Of a stretch of 64,000 nucleotides of DNA, positions 1 to 64,000 are shown in pieces. The stretch lies in NCBI RefSeq assembly GCF_009914755.1, contig NC_060940.1, one strand, 5' to 3'. The position numbers and the translations under genes were made by a program. Every line of letters starts with the position of its first letter. Positions within the stretch are counted from its first letter, which is position 1. This stretch comes from the human T2T-CHM13v2.0 reference genome, Homo sapiens. The notes below the pieces were generated by a model that saw nothing but the letters and a program-made list of their open reading frames with translations, did not search any database and had not been told where the DNA came from.

Positions 1-930
1 CATGCCCGCATGATGAAGCCACCATAGAAATCCCTGAACCATGGGGTTCACAGAGAGCTTCTGGGCTGAACACACAGAGGGTGGTGAGCCCAGAGAGGGC
101 GGGGAAGCCCAGCATCCCTTGCCCTATACCTTGCCCTATGCGTCTCTTCCATCTGGCTGTTCTCAAATCATATCCTCTATAATCAATGAATAAATATATG
201 TAAAATGTTTCTCTGAGTTCTGTGAGCCATTTTCGCGAATGATCAGACACAAGATGGGAGGAGGTTATGGGGACCTCCAAGTTACAGCCAGTTGGTCAGG
301 AGGCAGGGGAAGGCTCAGAAGCAGAGGGAGGACAGGAAGGGTCTATAGGAACCTGAGTGAGGGGGAGGATCCCTCCTCCAGGAAGCCCTCCCGAGCCACT
401 CCAGCTCTGGAGCGCTCACCAAGCACAGTGGGCAGCAGAACCTAGGTTCTTCCACCGTTATGAGAGCATTCATGGTATATAACACAAAGAATTATAATAC
501 TCTATAAGTAATAATGTATAAAGGGTGGCTCATGCCTGCAGTCCTGGCATGTTGGGAGGCTAAGGCTGGGAAATTGCTTCAGGCCAGGAGTTCAAGACCA
601 GCCTGAGCAACATAGCAAGACCCCGTTCCTACAAAAAAAGTACAAAAATTATCCAGGTGCGGTGGTGAGCCTGTGATTCCAGCTACTAGAGAGGCTGAGG
701 GGAATGGTGTCTGAAGTTGGGGGCAGTCTCGCACACTTAACATGTGGGGTCTGATGCTACCTCCAGGTATATAGAGTCAGAACCGAGACCATTTGTAGGA
801 CACCCAGTTAGTGTCCACCAGAGAACTGCTTGATGGGGAAAAAGAACCCCTGTTCCTGGCCACAGAATTATCCTGTACTGAGCATTAAGAGGAGAGCAGC
901 AGAAAAGAGTTTGTTTTTTCCGATTACACC
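1..930 (+). mobile_element. MER21-family LTR, interrupted at ~300-700
   Basis: ACCTTGCCCTATGCGTCTCTTCCATCTGGCTGTT and GGGGTCTGATGCTACCTCCAGGTA...GGACACCCAG are MER21-like segments. Confidence 0.65.
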
Positions 931-1934
931 TGCAGCAAAGATGGTAGCCAGCTACTGAGCATGCTCACCGGCCCTGGCTTGGAATTCAAATGCAGGGCTC
1001 AGTTCACCATTAGGACAACCCTAAGAAGCAGGTGGAGAAACTGAGGCACAGAAGGGCGAGTGGTCCCAGAGGCAGCCGTGGCCGAGTTGGGACTTGAACC
1101 CAAGTGGTCACCCCTGGACCCTAGGCTCCTGAGCACCCCACCATAGTGGACACATGAGTAGGTAAATATATCCTCAGACATGAGACCAGATGGAGACGCA
1201 CATTCCTTGGGATCACTAGTGATTTTTATTTCATTCCTTTTTACATGATTATTATTATTACTATTTTAGAGTCAGGCTCATTTCACTATTGCCCAGGCTG
1301 GGCTGCAATGATGCAATCTTACAGCTCGCTGCAGCCTCCAACTCCCAAGCTCAAGCAATCCTCTCGCCTCAGCCTCCCGAGTAGCTGGGACTACAGGTGC
1401 ATGCCACCACATCTGGCTATTTTTTAAAAATTTTCTGTACAGATGGGGTCTATGTTGTCCAGACTGGTCTTGAATTCCTGAGCTCAAGCAATCCTCCCAC
1501 CTCAGCCTCCTGAGTAGCTGGGACTACAGGTGCACCCCACCACACCTGGCTAATTTTTTTTATTTTTTGGAGAGATGGGGTCTTGCTATATTGTGCAAGC
1601 TGCTCTTGAGCTCCTGAACTCAAGCAATCCTCCTGCCTCAGCCTCCCAAAGCCCTGGGGTATGACTCAAGGTGCCCAGCCCTTTATACATTATCCTTTAA
1701 GCCATCTACAACGAACACTCTCATAACAACGCAAAAAAGAAACAAAGGGCCAAAGTGAAGAAGTGAACACCACCCTCTTTTCATGCCCTCAGTGGCACCA
1801 ATGGGGCTGACTTGGGCGTGGTCTCAGGGGAACAGAAGAGGGGCCTCTGAGTGAGGATCTCCCATATCCCAGGACACCAGCCTTTTGGCCTCTGTGGTCT
1901 CCCTGCCTCCTCGCAGGCCACCTGGGGACCATTA

Positions 1935-61058
<59,124 letters not shown>

Positions 61059-61149
61059 TCAGGGAACATTTTAAAAGCACCCCAGAGGCCAGACACGGTG
61101 GCTCATGCCTGTAATCCCAGCACTTTGGGAGGCCAAGGCAGGTGGATCA

Positions 61150-61764
<615 letters not shown>

Positions 61765-62217
61765 TGACCTCAAGTGATCTGCCCGCCTCGGTCTCCCAAA
61801 GTGCTGGGATTACAGGCATGAGCCACCGTGCCTAGTCTAGACCAACAAATCTTAGTAAACAAACTGTGTTCACTACAAGCCAGACTGCTGATAACATGTC
61901 ACACACGTTGCCTTTCTTATCATTCCCATTTTGCAGAGCAGGAAGCTGAGACACAGGAAGCTGAGACACAGAAAGGGTAAGGGACGTGCCTCAGGTAGCC
62001 CACAGCTATAGATAGAACTGAGACTTAACCCAGGAGAGGCTGGCTCCCAGGCCAGGCATGATCCCAACACTCACGGCTTCTCAAAATGCAAATTCTGGGC
62101 TCACTCTAAAATCCAGCCCTGGGGCCCTGGCTGTGAACAGGGGCCTCTGTGCTAGACCCACGTCACTCCAGAACAGGGACTGCTTGGCAGCTGTGGAGAA
62201 ATAAAATCTCTGCCTAG

Positions 62218-62349
<132 letters not shown>

Positions 62350-62587
62350 TGAGTAGCTGGGATTACAGATGTCTGCCACCACGCCTGGCTAATTTTTGTA
62401 TTTTTAGTAGAGATGGGGTTTCACCATATTGGCCAGGCTGGTCTCGAACTCCTGACCTCAGGTGATCTGCCCACCTCAGCCTCCCAAAGTGCTGGGATTA
62501 CAGGAGTGAGCCACCACGCCCGAGCTGCCCAGCTCTGTTCTTTCTCTGGATTCGTGACTCTTCACCAGATCTGTGTTACTACGCTAG

Positions 62588-63043
62588 GGTGTGAGCACAC
62601 TGTGTGAAGGTGTGAACATAAGCATCTGTGTGTGTGCATATTGGTGTGTGCTGTAGAATCCTAGTGCTTGTGGGTGTGTACGTTCCCACTTGGGTGTGCA
62701 GGTGTCTCAGCGCACTCGAGTACCCTAGTATGCGTGTATTTCCTGGTGGATGCCTGTGCACACGTGTCCCCATGTGGGCATCTCGTGTGTCCCATTGGAT
62801 GTGTGCATGTGCCCATGCGTCCAGGTGCGTGTGTGTGTACTGTGTGTCCCTTGTGTGCCCACGCACAGCCCAGTGTGTCTTGGTGTGCCTATGCATGTGT
62901 CCAGGTGTGGGTGGCTGTCTCCACACGTCCCACTGGGTGAGTGTCCTACTGTGTGTATGTGCATGTCCTGCCATGTCTTCACATGTGCATACACTGGGGT
63001 GTATATCTGCATCTCCAGGTACGTGAGTCTTGGCGTGTATGCC

Positions 63044-63083
<40 letters not shown>

Positions 63084-63420
63084 TTGACAGGTCTATGGTG
63101 TGGGTGTGTGTCCGTGCATTTCCCCATGTGGGTGTCCTGGGAAAGCCTGCCTCAGTGTGAGCCTGCAACAGTGTGTGTAGGTCTGTGTGTGTACACGTGA
63201 TCCAGCATGTGTGTGCATATCCCTGTGTGTTTGTGTGTCCCTGTGCCTTGGTGTGAGCCTGTGTCAGTGTACGTGCAGGTCTGTGCATGTACACATGATC
63301 CAGTGTGCGTGTGCACGTCCCAGTGCAATGGGTGCCTGCTTCAGTGTGTGTGGGTTGTGTCCCATGTGTGTACACGTGCGCTCAGGATGCATGCGTGTGG
63401 GTCTTGGCGTGTGCATCTCA
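62588..63420. repeat. TG-rich low-complexity tract including a (GT)n microsatellite at ~63048-63082
   Basis: Direct inspection. Confidence 0.9.
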
Positions 63421-64000
63421 CTGCATATTTTCTTTGTGAAAGGACAGGGGTGTGTGGAGCCTGGAAAAAGCACATTCAATGTTTCCCTATATTTGAGCAA
63501 AGAAAACAAAGCTGTCTGTTTTCTTAATACAGAGCAGGGCAAGCGGGCTTGGCTGGGAGGGCAGGGGTTATAAAAAGACTAAGAAGCTCTCCGGCACATG
63601 GGAGGGGCCGCCTGCTGGAGGTTCCCGCCTCTGACTGCTTTGCCCAAGAAAGGCGGCGGGGGCACAGACAGGGCAGGCTCGGGCCTGTCCCAGACCAAAG
63701 CTGGAGCCAGAAGCCTGGTCACAGCCTGCAGGGCTGTGGGGCAGGCTGGTGCCACTTGGCTGGCAGAGAGCCCAGATCTGTGAGCCACTTCCGGTGGCCC
63801 TGCCAGGACAACTGGGCCAGCATGAGGCCTGGGTGCTGAGCAGTCCACACAGTAATGACCCAGTTGGTTCTGTGTATGGCTGCCCGGGGGATGAACCCAG
63901 AAGGGCCAGCCTTCCCTGTTTTCACAAAAACCAGAAACCACATCGCAAAGAGAAGAACAAACAATTTTGAAAGAGAAATAAAAAAAAAAATGGGAGGAGA

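Noticed and set aside
63579-63964. Minus-strand ORFs as a possible further upstream LLTP exon
   Set aside because: No LLTP-like peptide and no convincing splice-site pair

Overview
Primate (almost certainly human) Alu-rich genomic DNA. The whole window lies inside one minus-strand gene that extends past both ends. I read 27 GT-AG coding exons from 60920 down to 1936. Their phases all match and they splice into one stop-free frame of 4,160 nt (about 1,386 codons). The protein is a large lipid transfer protein (LLTP) of the vitellogenin/apolipophorin/APOB/MTTP family. It shows the end of the Vitellogenin_N helical domain ([27 protein letters not shown]), a DUF1943/DUF1081-like beta region, then a long beta-rich tail. 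From memory this matches the uncharacterised human locus LOC400499 (16p13.13); I did not check this against a database. Main observations: (1) an intact third human LLTP; (2) a furin-type RDRR site in the loop where insect apolipophorin II/I is cleaved; (3) a ~62-residue His-x-Pro repeat in the tail; (4) an inverted copy of a splice acceptor plus exon start embedded in a G-rich VNTR, able to fold back over that exon; (5) a sense-oriented processed pseudogene of a Myb/SANT-like (MSANTD5-like) gene carrying AATAAA in an intron. The rest is Alu, L1, L2/MIR, MaLR/ERV LTRs, hAT MERs and simple repeats. Repeat boundaries and subfamily names are approximate, judged by eye.
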